A DNA stretch of 64,000 nucleotides from Zancudomyces culisetae HAW-14-8 (Eukaryota > Fungi > Kickxellomycota), in contig JBNJNM010000010.1 of NCBI GenBank assembly GCA_052426225.1, positions 1,116,001 through 1,180,000 on the forward strand, written 5' to 3'. Position 1 is the first letter of the stretch, and the number at the start of each line of letters is the position of its first letter. The translations under genes and the position numbers were made by a program. Positions 12,186 through 24,363 of the stretch are shown in pieces. The notes beneath the pieces are model-generated. The model made no database searches. It saw only the letters and a list, made by a program, of their open reading frames with translations, and had not been told where the DNA came from.

Positions 12186-13142
12186 CAAATTGGACGGAAG
12201 TTGCCTGTTTTAACTATGGAAAAAAAGGGCACCGCCCAGATTCAACAGAGTAAAATAGAACGGAAATACACAGATATGTACTATGACTAAAGAGGGAAAC
12301 CAAGAGAATCCCACACAGGTGTTTGCAGTAGCCGCTGCGGCACCAGCGCATTCATTGGACCCGCCGTATCGGGAGACAATTGAAAACTCTCATAACAATC
12401 ACCACTGCCGGTATCAAATCTACTGAATCCTGAAGAAATAAGTCAAAGAATAATCATAGAACATAAGAAACCATCTGCAAAGAAAAAGAATAAAAAGGTG
12501 AGACCGTCATTGAAGAAAACGATAGAGACAGAGGTATTAAATAGGCTACTATCCGCCCCGGCACCGATCACCTTGGATATATATTTCGAAGCAAAACCAA
12601 AGAAAAAAGGGAATTTTATAATGGGTTTAGGAGATACATACAGGACGGAGGTAGGTAACCGTTACTGTACGCAACCACCGATATGAATGCAGAGGATGAC
12701 TCGAGCTACATTATAGGACATATTGGTATTCAAGCAACACCAATTTTTGTAGACTCTGGAGCTTCGTATTCTTTAATAAATAAAAAGTTAGAATTAGTTC
12801 TTTAGTTAAAATTTCGGAGACTACCTAAATCAGTTTACTTCAAGCTGGTTGGAGAAGACCTATTGAAATCTGAAGAATACGTTTAAACTGAAGTGATATG
12901 GGCAGAGGAAGCAAAAACGATCTTGGAATTTATTATTGTCGAGGAATGCGCAGTCCCGTTGATATTGGGTATTGATGCGTGTCAAAGACTGAAACACAAA
13001 TATATTACAAGGACCAGATTGTGGATTTATGGGTTAACGGAAAGTCTTACAGATTACAGCTATTACTAAAAATGAAATACTACAAGAGGAAATAGTTGAG
13101 GCTTCCAGTACTTCAGAATAAGAAGGTGACGAAGCCGCAGTG
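12186..13142 (+). pseudogene. Degenerate Gypsy gag-protease remnant
   Basis: EDDSSYIIGHIGIQATPIFVDSGASYSLIN (~12690-12785) and ILGIDAC; resembles the protease region at 3667-3990; many stops. Confidence 0.75.
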
Positions 13143-13260
13143 TGTCAGAAACGATTATTTACCCATAAGTTTAACATTAATTTTTAGTCATATTTAATTA
13201 CCATTGAATCCTAACTTGAAAACATTAATTTCCCAACTTAAATAGATTAGTTTCCTGACA
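13143..13260 (+). repeat. Solo-type copy of the short LTR (118 bp, TGTCA...TGACA)
   Basis: Reverse complement aligns end to end with 10752-10870; flanks cagtg / cttca differ. Confidence 0.85.
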
Positions 13261-15714
13261 CTTCAATAACAAACAAAATGAAACTCATGGGTTTACCCTT
13301 GAAGTTTCAACTACAACTTAGTTTAACAATGTTTGAGAAAAAGTACAAACTCAAAATAAGATTAAAAGGGACAGAGTATTAAAAAATGTGGACGGGCAAG
13401 GATTATATTTAAGAAATAGTATTTAGTCAAATAATAATTATTTAGTTTTTTACAAATGTGATATCCTAGTTTAATAAATAAACCAATTAATTGAAGATAA
13501 GAATAGTCTTACAAAAAACCACAATTTACGTTCTATATAGCTTTTGTGCAATATTTTACTTCTTAATTTTTTTCTTTTAATCTTTTTAGATATCAGTGTT
13601 TTAGTTTATGTTAATTTTTATATGTAATCAGACATTATAATAGTTTAAAATTATTACAAATCTATTCTACTCAAACTATAACTATTCGAAGAATTTTTTT
13701 TTTTGTATTGACTGGCTAAGTCACTACTAATCTTACCCTGCACCAAAAATGTATTTATTTTTTATAATAGTTTGACACTTTTTGTATTACTCCGCTTTAC
13801 AATGTAATATTAAATTATATTGAATATTTTATTTTGAATAAAACTTTAATGTTTTTACACAGAGACTTTATATCATTGATCCAAAATATACTTTTATATA
13901 ATTTCAGATTTTAAACTGGTATTTTAATATGAGTATTAATTATTTACTTTAGGTGGATGATCTATAACTCTCATACCTGTCTATAATTCATGCAGTCTTT
14001 TTGATCCTAATCTTGTGTTTTATACTTCAATTGTAATCTACCCCTATTTAGTAGAAAGTATATACTTAATTTTATACCTTGGTTAATATCATATATCTTT
14101 TACAAACCTTTCAGTGTATGTTCAAATTATCATTCATGTGAATATTATTTCGATTGTGATACAATTTAATTAGCTTTTTTTAGTTCATTAATCATAGTTT
14201 TAATTTATAGGTGATGAGTACAAGTTTAATTATTTTTATTCCACCATTTTATTATCACTCAGGTCTACAAATTATAATTTACTAGCTAAATATTTTAGAA
14301 TAATGATAACGAATATAATTAATTAACACTTTCAAAAATCAATTATGTTAGTGTACAATATAAATTCTGGCTGAAAAGTTAAATTTAAAAATATATTTTA
14401 ACTTCAATGAGTAACTACTAGCCTTTTAATACTAAATATTATGGTTCACTAATTATTTCCACTCTAAAGAAACCAATTATTTAATAAATTTGGAATTAAA
14501 CTTATAAACAGAAAGGTTGATGTCCAATCTATCGTTTATCATAGAATTGATGTTTAATAAATGCATTTATTGTGATATTCAACATTTTAATAACGGAATA
14601 GAATTTATTAACAACATACAGTTATATTAATCAGTAATCTTTTTCGTCTTTAGACCTTAACGGTAGTATCTAACTCTATTGTTAATTAGTGAAAATTGAA
14701 AGAAATCGACAATATACTTAAATTTTAACATACCTTGCTAAAAAAGTGTCATGTATCTAAAAAAACTTCAATTATTCAAAGGTTAAAACATATAAATGTT
14801 ATTAGGACTATAATTTATAGAACTCAATTACAATTACGAATGAAATATTTTCAATAAATGAGATTTTTGTAGAATTATAAATAACTTGCAAGTACAAGAT
14901 GAAAAGCACAAGTTTATGATCAACAGCTAGCCACTAGCTGAAAAAACGTGAAAATATAAAGACAATTTTACCAATACAATGAAAATGTTGTAAAGTATCA
15001 CCTTACCGACTGAAATCTAAAGTTTAACGCTTTAAGTTTAACGAACAATGGCTACGTAGTTTAAATATTGGGGTTTTTTATAGTTATTTTACAGATAGTT
15101 TTAACAAGTAGAATATAGCAAAATTATCCGATAGCTATTAGGTTATCTTGGTCTAGCCATGAATATATACCAGCTACTTCTTTCTAACTTTACTAGCTGT
15201 ACCTATTCACATCAATATATTTTTTTTATTATGTTTGATTTATTTACAATCTATGAACTATACGATATTAATCTAGTGAGAAAAAAATACAGGAAACAAC
15301 AAAAGTAAGCGGAGTTTGAATATTAGAGCCTAAAAATAGCTTGAAAGTAGTTTGTACATAATCCATAAAGAGTAGCTCTAGTAATTTCCAAATGTTAAAT
15401 GTTTAATTACTTTGTAATTTTATACTTGTTCTTCTTTCTGGTGCATCTTTTTCTAAATACCAAAATGTCACTTTTCCCCCTCTTATCACTATATTAAATT
15501 GTATGAGAAGCTCAACTTTCAACTATCTGTGTTATTTTAAAAAAGCACACTTTTATTCACTAAAAAATACCTCATTTAAACCAGTACTTTAAGATTATAA
15601 GTGATTTCAATACTAGACTAATTAGTTATTTTTAATTTTACTAATAGCTACAACAATAGATAGCTAATAGTAGATAATTATCTAATTTTTAACTAAAAAA
15701 GTATTATTAAAAAG

Positions 15715-17229
15715 TTAAGCAGTTTCGGTTTCATAGGAAATATAAGTGGATGCATCAGTTTCAAGATCTACTTCTCTAGCCCTTTTAAACTTTGTTCTTT
15801 TTATAATTTTGTACCCTATGAACAGGAAAGCAAAAAGAGGAAGCCCTGCAAGGGTAGATATTTTTCCTACGACATCCTGGTCTCGTGTAGAAACAATCGC
15901 TACCTGGCCGATTATTATAACAGCCAGGAGCAAAAATGCAAAGTAGGAGCCAAATGGATACAAAGGTGCCCTGTAAGGAAGATTCTTAACGTCGTAGCCT
16001 TGTACTTTGTATGCCCTCCTAAAAGCAATATGGACTGTCACAATAGTTACCCAACTCACCATTCCAAAGATACCACCCATATTAACTAAAAATACGTAAG
16101 CATTCTCCAAAAGTGCCGACAGTAAAACAAAGAGAAGTCCTAAAAACACTGCAAAGATTAGAGAGGTATATGGAACTCCACTTTTTGATACTCTAGCCAG
16201 AAATTTTGGAGCTTGTCCATTGTGGTACAATGCATATACCATCCTTGAAGAAGAATACATACTTGTGTTGCAGGATGATAAAACGGATGATAAAACAACT
16301 GCGTTGACTATGTGAGGAGCGGCAGCAATACCAGCCTTGCTAAAAACCTGGGTGAACGGCGCAACTTTGACGGTAGCGAGGCCAAGAGAACTGAGTGAAG
16401 GATCGTTGTACGGCAGCACAAGACCCATAATGAATATTGAAAGAACATAAAAGAGTACGATTCTGTAAACAAGATTAAATATAGCAGCTGGAACGTCTTT
16501 TTTTGGATTTTTTGATTCTCCAGCGGCTAGTCCAATAGTCTCTGATCCTCCATACGAATAAACCGAAAATATAAATGCAAATAAGGTACCCTTTGCACCA
16601 TCTACAAATGGGGCTTCACCGATTTTCCAATTTGAAACTCCATACTTTACACCTCCGAGCCATCCAAATACAACGCAGACACCGATTATGAGAAATGCGA
16701 TAATCATGATGACTTTTATAAGCGCAAACCAGAACTCTGCTTCACCAAAACCTTTGACGTGGAAGATGTTAAATGTAAAGACAATCACAGCACTAACAAG
16801 ACCCCAGATGTATTGCGGGGTATTTGGAAGCCAGTAGCTCACCAATACGCCAGCTGCAACAAACTCTGTTCCCGCTGCTTGAATCCAACCAAACCAGTAT
16901 GTCCATCCGATAGCAAATCCAAGAGCCGGATCAACAAAACGTTCGCAATATGTTGCGAATGCACCAGTGACAGGCATATACGTTGCTAGTTCTGCCAATC
17001 CGCACATAACAAAGTACATCAAAAGTCCTGTGGTAGCGTAGGCTACCAAAAGCCCTCCGGGGCCAGCTGTGACAAGACCACCGGCAGATCCCATAAAAAG
17101 GCCTGTACCAATTGCACCACCAAGGGCAATCATAGACATATGTCTCTTCTTCAACCCTCGATTTAGCTGGCTATTCATTGCACTCTTTTGTGCTACGCCC
17201 TTCTCTGAGCCTGATTTGGGTTTCTCCAT
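15715..17229 (-). CDS. Amino-acid permease, APC superfamily (LysP/YAT-like), paralog 1
   Basis: 504 aa, intronless; LKKRHMSMIALGGAIGTGLF, AGPGG, GFGEAEFWFALIK, AGESKNP, ~12 hydrophobic segments. Confidence 0.95.
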   Translation of the reverse strand: MEKPKSGSEKGVAQKSAMNSQLNRGLKKRHMSMIALGGAIGTGLFMGSAGGLVTAGPGGLLVAYATTGLLMYFVMCGLAELATYMPVTGAFATYCERFVDPALGFAIGWTYWFGWIQAAGTEFVAAGVLVSYWLPNTPQYIWGLVSAVIVFTFNIFHVKGFGEAEFWFALIKVIMIIAFLIIGVCVVFGWLGGVKYGVSNWKIGEAPFVDGAKGTLFAFIFSVYSYGGSETIGLAAGESKNPKKDVPAAIFNLVYRIVLFYVLSIFIMGLVLPYNDPSLSSLGLATVKVAPFTQVFSKAGIAAAPHIVNAVVLSSVLSSCNTSMYSSSRMVYALYHNGQAPKFLARVSKSGVPYTSLIFAVFLGLLFVLLSALLENAYVFLVNMGGIFGMVSWVTIVTVHIAFRRAYKVQGYDVKNLPYRAPLYPFGSYFAFLLLAVIIIGQVAIVSTRDQDVVGKISTLAGLPLFAFLFIGYKIIKRTKFKRAREVDLETDASTYISYETETA

Positions 17230-18389
17230 TTGGTATATTCAAAAATACAAGTATAACCGTTATATAAATTAAAATTAACCTAGACCAAGTGTGTATGATA
17301 TAATGTATAGCCCTCGGCTTTGCTAAAATTAGTTTGTTTTAAAAGACTACTTATGCTGTGTGATTTAATCGTCTCAGAGTATTTGAGCAGCTTTATATTC
17401 CCATTTTTTAGGAAGAAGGAGGGGGAGGTGGAGAGAGGGGTATAGTGACCATTTGTTTTAATTTTGATACTGTAGTCAGTCTTGTTCTTTTCATGCACCG
17501 GGTTGCTATAAGGGGGAGTAGGAAATTCATAGATTTAAAACTATGGTTTTTTTTACTGTTTTTTGGTTATTAGCTATATATACTGTTTCATAGTTGTGTT
17601 ACACCTGAAGGATAAAATACTGAGTTTCATGGACCAGTTGCAAAATTTTTGAAAGTTCGGTTTAAACGTTTTGTAACTTTAACAATTTGGAATTTCAATT
17701 TTCAGAACTTGACTTTTTGGATATAAAGAAACATAATAGCGGGGTTTTTAACGTGACCCAACACAAATAAAAAGGGAGTTAGGATGATAGTCACTAGTAC
17801 CGCATCAGTTAATTTGATTGAACTGGCTATTATTGAGATGTAATAACTGTATAAGCCATTTTAACTAGATCAATTAACGTTTGTGTTTATTCATACCTGA
17901 AACTCATTAAATTAAATTTTTAATGTACACCACGCCTCAACAAAAACCAAACAAAGTATTTTTTTTTTACTTATCACTGTAAAGCTTGAATATTAGCCTC
18001 GTAAAAAGCCGGTTAAACGAAGGAATGGGAGGGGAGAATCCATCGAAAAAGTCCGTAGATTTCTAGTGGACGTTAATCATAGTCTTTAAACTTGTAAACA
18101 CGAAATTATACCTTTAATTTCCCCTGTCATTATATTGTATAGAAAAATAAAATTGGTGCTGATAATCTGTAATAAAAAGGATGTGAAAAAATCAATCAAT
18201 CACTTGAAATTAAAGTGAATTATTATAGATCAATGTAAAGCTGCTTATTTATTTTATTGTGCTTATTTCGTTTCACAGACATTAAACTTCGCAAATCTAC
18301 ATCTCTCTAAATTAACAAAAACTAAATTTTCAGCTGCAGCGATCAAGGAGGAATACAAGTTTCATATATATTGCAGCTTCAAATATTCG

Positions 18390-18826
18390 AAGATTATCAA
18401 ATTGATGGTGCTATACAGTAAACTATTTGCACAAAATATAATAAGCGCTGGTACATTTCTTCAGCTTTAACAATTCGACGTATACTTTAGCTTTCCAGTT
18501 ACAATTTTACAAAAAAAAACATACAAACATACAAACATACAACCAGTTATCCAGTGTAGCACGGCTGGAATTCCCTAGTGTCTCAAGTCGCCAACATCAA
18601 ATCTTGAACCATCACAAATAGATGTTAAATGTTCATTGCAGTCACACTACAACCTTGGGTTTCATTTGTTTAAGCTTTGTCACATTCCGAAACGCACATA
18701 GATAGTTGAGTTGACACTATCATTAGTATTACCAAAATGAACCAATAAAACAAAAAAGCCAAAGCAAAACAAAGCACATCAAGTGAAAAATACCATTAAT
18801 TAGAATTGATAGATATGGTAAAGATG
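18390..18826. repeat. ~435-bp non-coding direct repeat, copy 1
   Basis: Near-identical to 22131-22564 (roughly 8 differences by eye). Confidence 0.95.
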
Positions 18827-19527
18827 ATGTTTATGTGATTTGAGCTGAAGGCTCAGCAGCTAATGAGTGAACAGCTAGCAGTTTATTTTTATTATTTTTA
18901 TTTTCATTTACTTCTAAGTATCTCAAGATAAATAAAGCCATACAGGTGGCTGAAATACAATCGCATACCATCAAAAAAATTATGTGTTGTTTTTCGAGTC
19001 AATCAAGGTCTGCAAATAGAGATAGTTCCTCTGTGGCTTATGCTATTTGTTTGTATCGCATCTAAAATAGATGCACCATTCCGGCTAGATTGAAGAAGAT
19101 TAAAGATAAGAGTTATTGATACAATATTAAAAACATATAATTTACATGGAACATCCGTAATTTATACATCCGTTGTTTCAAATTTATTCACCAACTTTTT
19201 GCTGAAAGCTATTGACAACGAATATGAAGATATATAAACTATAGGTTTTAGCTCAAAGTGTATTAACTGTGGACGTAGTTCAACGCAATGCTAATTTCCT
19301 TCTGATGCAGCATCCTCTTTGGCATGGTATATGTACCTTCATCTTAGTTGAAAAACATGAGATCATTTCTTGTTAGCTGAAACCAGTATGTAGTCGGTTC
19401 TTTTTGGGTTTGTACTTTTAGGTAAATAAATATCCAGTTTTTATTACATCTAAATATTAATTAATGTTTATTAAGAGCAAGTGTATTGATTAACTAATTC
19501 CAGAAAGAAAATAATAGACAGAGTCAT

Positions 19528-21042
19528 TTAAGCATCGGTAGCAGTATAGTCAATGTAGTTAGAAGAGTCCGTTATTAGATCAGCTTCATAAGGGTTTACA
19601 AACTTTGGCCTTTTGATTATTTTGTAGCTCAAATAAAGACCAAGGAAGATCGGAATACCTATAAGCGTGGATACCTTCTGAAGGACAGTTTGCTTTTTAA
19701 TTATAACAGCATAAACCTGACTTCCAATAATAAAGGCAATAAATGTGAGACAAAAGTATGGTCCAAATGGATACAATGGTGACCTGTATGGGAGGTCCTT
19801 CACTTTGTAGCCCTGCAGTCTATATGCTCTTCTGAAAAATATGTGAACTATCGAAATGGTAGTCCAACCCATCAATCCAAAGATGCTGCTCATATTCACC
19901 AAAAATAGGTACGCGTTATTTGAATACTCAGCCAAGATAATGAACAAAAGCCCCAAACATTCCGTAAGAATCAAGGAAATAAATGGAACCCCGTTTTTTG
20001 TTGTTTTTGCCAGGATCTTTGGAGCATGTCCAAAGTGATGTAATGAATACAACAGCCTTGATGATGTATACAAGTTTGTGTTACAGGCAGATAGCACGGA
20101 TGACAACACAACAGCATTGACTATGTGAGGAGCGGCAGCAATACCAGCCTTGCTAAAAACCTGGGTGAACGGCGCAACTTTGACGGTAGCGAGGCCAAGA
20201 GAACTGAGCGAAGGATCGTCGTATGGCAGAATAAGGCCCATGAGAAAAATGGATACAACGTAGAAGAGCATAACTCTATAAAAAAGAGTAAGTATAGCAG
20301 CTGGAACGTCTTTCTTGGGATTCTTCGATTCTCCAGCAGTAAGCCCGATAGCTTCCGAACCTTCATATGCATAAACAGCAAAGACAAAGGCAAACATGGT
20401 GCCTCTGAATCCGTCTACAAATGGTCCATCTTTGTAGTGCCATAACGAAACTCCATATTTTACATCTCCGAGCCATCCAAATACAATACATACACCAATC
20501 ACGATGAATGCGAGAATCATGATGACTTTTATAAGCGCAAACCAGAACTCTGCTTCACCAAAACCTTTGACGTGGAAGATGTTAAATGTAAATACAATCA
20601 CAGCACTTACAAGGCCCCAGATGTATTTAGGTGTACCAGGGAGCCAGTAGCTCACCAACACACCAGCAGCAACAAACTCTGTTCCAATTACAAGAATACG
20701 ACTGAGCCAATATGTCCATCCAATAGCAAATCCAAGAGCTCTATCAACGAAGCGCTCACTGTATGCCATAAACGTACCCGTAACGGGAACATAGGTTGCC
20801 ACTTCTGCCAAACCACACATTGTGAAAAACATCAAAAGTCCTGTGACGGTATATGCTACCAAAAGCCCTCCGGGGCCAGCTGTGACAAGACCACCAGCAG
20901 AGCCGATAAAAAGACCTGTACCAATTGCACCACCAAGGGCAATCATAGACATGTGTCTCCTCTTCAACCCTCGATTTAGGTGGCTATTCATTGCACTCTT
21001 TTGTGCTACGCCCTTCTCTGGGCCCGAGTTTTCCTGCTCCAT
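19528..21042 (-). CDS. Amino-acid permease, APC superfamily (LysP/YAT-like), paralog 2
   Basis: 504 aa, colinear with paralog 1 at a constant offset of 3813 bp. Confidence 0.95.
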   Translation of the reverse strand: MEQENSGPEKGVAQKSAMNSHLNRGLKRRHMSMIALGGAIGTGLFIGSAGGLVTAGPGGLLVAYTVTGLLMFFTMCGLAEVATYVPVTGTFMAYSERFVDRALGFAIGWTYWLSRILVIGTEFVAAGVLVSYWLPGTPKYIWGLVSAVIVFTFNIFHVKGFGEAEFWFALIKVIMILAFIVIGVCIVFGWLGDVKYGVSLWHYKDGPFVDGFRGTMFAFVFAVYAYEGSEAIGLTAGESKNPKKDVPAAILTLFYRVMLFYVVSIFLMGLILPYDDPSLSSLGLATVKVAPFTQVFSKAGIAAAPHIVNAVVLSSVLSACNTNLYTSSRLLYSLHHFGHAPKILAKTTKNGVPFISLILTECLGLLFIILAEYSNNAYLFLVNMSSIFGLMGWTTISIVHIFFRRAYRLQGYKVKDLPYRSPLYPFGPYFCLTFIAFIIGSQVYAVIIKKQTVLQKVSTLIGIPIFLGLYLSYKIIKRPKFVNPYEADLITDSSNYIDYTATDA

Positions 21043-22130
21043 AATAGTATACGTCCGGATACGTTTAAAGCAATCTTATATTCTGATACAAAATTTTTTG
21101 TTTTTCAAGATGTATAAAATAAATAATATAATAACAAAAGAACCGTTCTAAATGCAGACCGATGACAATAGAGGATTACTTCCCCCCCCCCCCCCCCCTC
21201 TCTTTATATTCCAATTTTTGAGAATTTCTAATGGATGGTTTTTTATCACAGAGTTGTCCTCACCAAAAAAGATTTTCTCTTACATCCCCATCATTAATTC
21301 GCAAATACTCGCTACTAACTCATTTTCATTTGTTTTGGGTAATAGAATAGTAAAATAAAAACCAGCAGACGTCCGTGCGACAACTCCAAAATTGCAATTT
21401 TGTGGTCCGTACAATGATTGTTTTCTCGACCGTTGGTTTTTTGTATTTCTTCAAATCAGCTATAACCCCATTCCGTAAAAAAGTTCAGTTACCACTATTA
21501 CGTCCTGGTTATACACAGTGCAACTATGAGAAAATTTTTTTTTTGATTAGAATTGTTTGGAAATATCAAAAACTAGCCTCCTGGCAAATCAACTTCCAGT
21601 ATTATGTGTTATAGGTTATTGTACAAGAAAGGGGTAAGATCAGTTTTTTTTTTCCCAATGCAACTAATAAAAATTTTATCTATTAACTGCACCAAATAAG
21701 AAAATAATAAATCCTTGGTAAATAATTCTTAGCTGATTTGCAGTTGTATATATCTAAAGAAAGGATAATAATGAAATTTTGGAGCATGATTTGATAAATA
21801 TGTCTGAAACAAATTACAAACCCTATCAAGTAATTGACTAATTTAACTTGAGTTTGAGTTGGCTTGCGAATAAAAACATTGGATTAAATACTGGCAATAA
21901 AGCCAACTACAGCCACAAGTCTGAAAAGACACAAAAGTAAAAAGCTCGCAAATGCGATAGGCTAACATAAAAAAATATCGATTTTTCTTGAGGTTGATTA
22001 CATGGCTTTGTCTTTGCTGCAATTTCTAGCCTTATCGACCAACCGCCTCAATTCAAATACCTAAAATGGAACCATATTAGATCTAAACGGAATCCGCCAA
22101 TTTTGTATTAAGCGTATTTTCTAATTCTCA

Positions 22131-22564
22131 AAGATTATCAAATTGATGGTGCTATACAGTAAACTATTCGCACAAAATATAATAAGCGCTGGTACATTTC
22201 TTCAGCTTTAACAATTCGACGTATACTTTAGCTCTCCAGTTACAATTTTACAAAAAAAACATACAAACATACAAACATACAACCAGTTATCCAGTGTAGC
22301 ACGGCTGGAATTCCCTAGTGTCTCAAGTCGCCAACATCAAATCTTGAACCATCACAAATAGATGTTAAATGTTCATTGCAGTCACACTACAACCTTGGGT
22401 TTCATTCGTTTAAGCTTTGTCACATTCCGAAACGCACATAGATAGTTGAGCTGACACTATCATTAGTATTACCAAAATGAACCAATATAACAAAAAAGCC
22501 AAAGCAAAACAAAGCACATCAAGTGAAATCCCATTAATTAGAATTGATAGATATGGTAAAGATG
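22131..22564. repeat. ~435-bp non-coding direct repeat, copy 2
   Basis: Near-identical to 18390-18826. Confidence 0.95.
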
Positions 22565-24363
22565 GTGCTTAAGCAGTGTGAGATGAAAATCTAAAATCTA
22601 ATTAACCCAGCAGCCAGTAGTTTATTTTCTTTTTTTTGCAGTACCTTTTTGCTAAAATTGGCAACATTGGTTCGAGCAGGTGTGGACCATATATAGACTT
22701 GAAGTTTTAATTTCAATTTCAAATCCTGTTGTTTAGTTTTAACTATGTGTTGACTACTTAAAGCGAAATCAGCAGGCATGCTTGAAGCCATTTGATTTGC
22801 AACATCAACCACCCTCCCCAATTATTTTTTCTGGCTTCTAAAATTCTCCCTGGTTGTGCATCTTGAAGTTAGAGTTGAAAAAGTTGCTGTCACATTTATG
22901 CATAACTGGATAAACCTCTTGTTAGCTAAATTATTGGATCAGCTATAAGCCCGTGCAAATACAGATATATATGATATGACAAACCCAATCTATATGCATC
23001 GCACTACTCGTGTAGTTACATTCACTTTTTTTGTTCCACTCTTATTTGTCACTGGGTTTTATCTTTGATGATGAAGCATTGAATGCTTTTTTCACTATTA
23101 GCTAATGATATTTATACTACCAATTATTTGTCAGAAACGTTCTGGATTGACCATGTAATTCCTTTAGCCGATGCCTTTATTGCTCTAGCATTTAACAGCG
23201 CATTTTTAATACTTAAAAGGTAATCTCTACTATAAACGCACTCTGATTCTACTTGTATACTCCAGTGTTAGGGATCCCGAAATATAGAAAAGGATCTGTA
23301 CCACTTGACACCAATTCAAGGTGTATTCATTAGTTCACTTGTTATATATCAGCAACGGGTAGTTTATAAAAATAATACCAGTGATACTGAACTATTAATC
23401 GGTGGTTTTATCTTTTTTTGTGATATGATATTTTCTGGCCATAGAAAACACTAAGCCTGTCCACTTGTTTCTTGAATACTATTTTTCAACTCTATTAGTT
23501 TAATCTTTATAAATTAATCTTTATTTAACCTTTCTTATTATGTCTATTAACATACTAAACTTAGTCTACGACTAGTGCTAAAATGGAAAAAAATAACGTA
23601 AAAAAACGTCACAAAACTTTGAGTAGATTAAAAATGGTATGAACAGAGTCTTTTTTCCCCTGGCTTTTTGGATAATCAGGCATGTATATTCTCAAAAAGG
23701 AATATTCTAAAGTCAGTAAACGCTATTACCAACATTCTGTACAGCTCTTGAAAATGGAACAAACCCCATTTCTTTAGCTATTTACCATAGATAGGTGTAT
23801 TCCGCTATAACTATTTAGGGAATAGTGGTGAACATGTGTTTTCTAGTTTATGTGATTTGTCTTGTGAATATTTATATTCAATAAATTATCTGACCATTCT
23901 AATACTAGTTTTGTGTTGTTTTCATAGAAATTTACTCCACCTTGTACTTCATTTAAGGCTTTATATACTTGGGTTAAAATATTACTTCAAGCTGCCCACC
24001 AATGTCAATTTTTTTTAGCAAACATATAAACACTAGCCTAGGAAAACAGAAAAAATAAATAAAAATAACCAATAGTTTATTGATGAATTGAACGATGGAG
24101 CAAAATAGTTTTAGCAAATAAAAACGCATCCTGTGCTAGTGTAAACAATAATAAATTTATTTAGGTCAACTAATGGTTAAATTTTTTCTTTCACTGCATT
24201 GTATTTTTGTCAGCTTGATTGATACTTTTTACTCCACATATCACTACTTGTAAAGTTTAGAATACTAATAAGATCGTAGGATACTAAAATATATATTCTA
24301 GATATTTGTAAAAATAAATATAAAAGTAGACAACCAAACAAGGCTATAATAATCAGATAAGGC

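Noticed and set aside
13261-15714. AT-rich spacer searched for tRNA, snoRNA or small genes
   Set aside because: No convincing cloverleaf, box pair or ORF seen by eye
22591-23460. 76-aa minus-strand ORF and splice-like signals upstream of the second repeat block
   Set aside because: No ATG-led coherent frame or recognisable domain; may be a gene relic but cannot be supported
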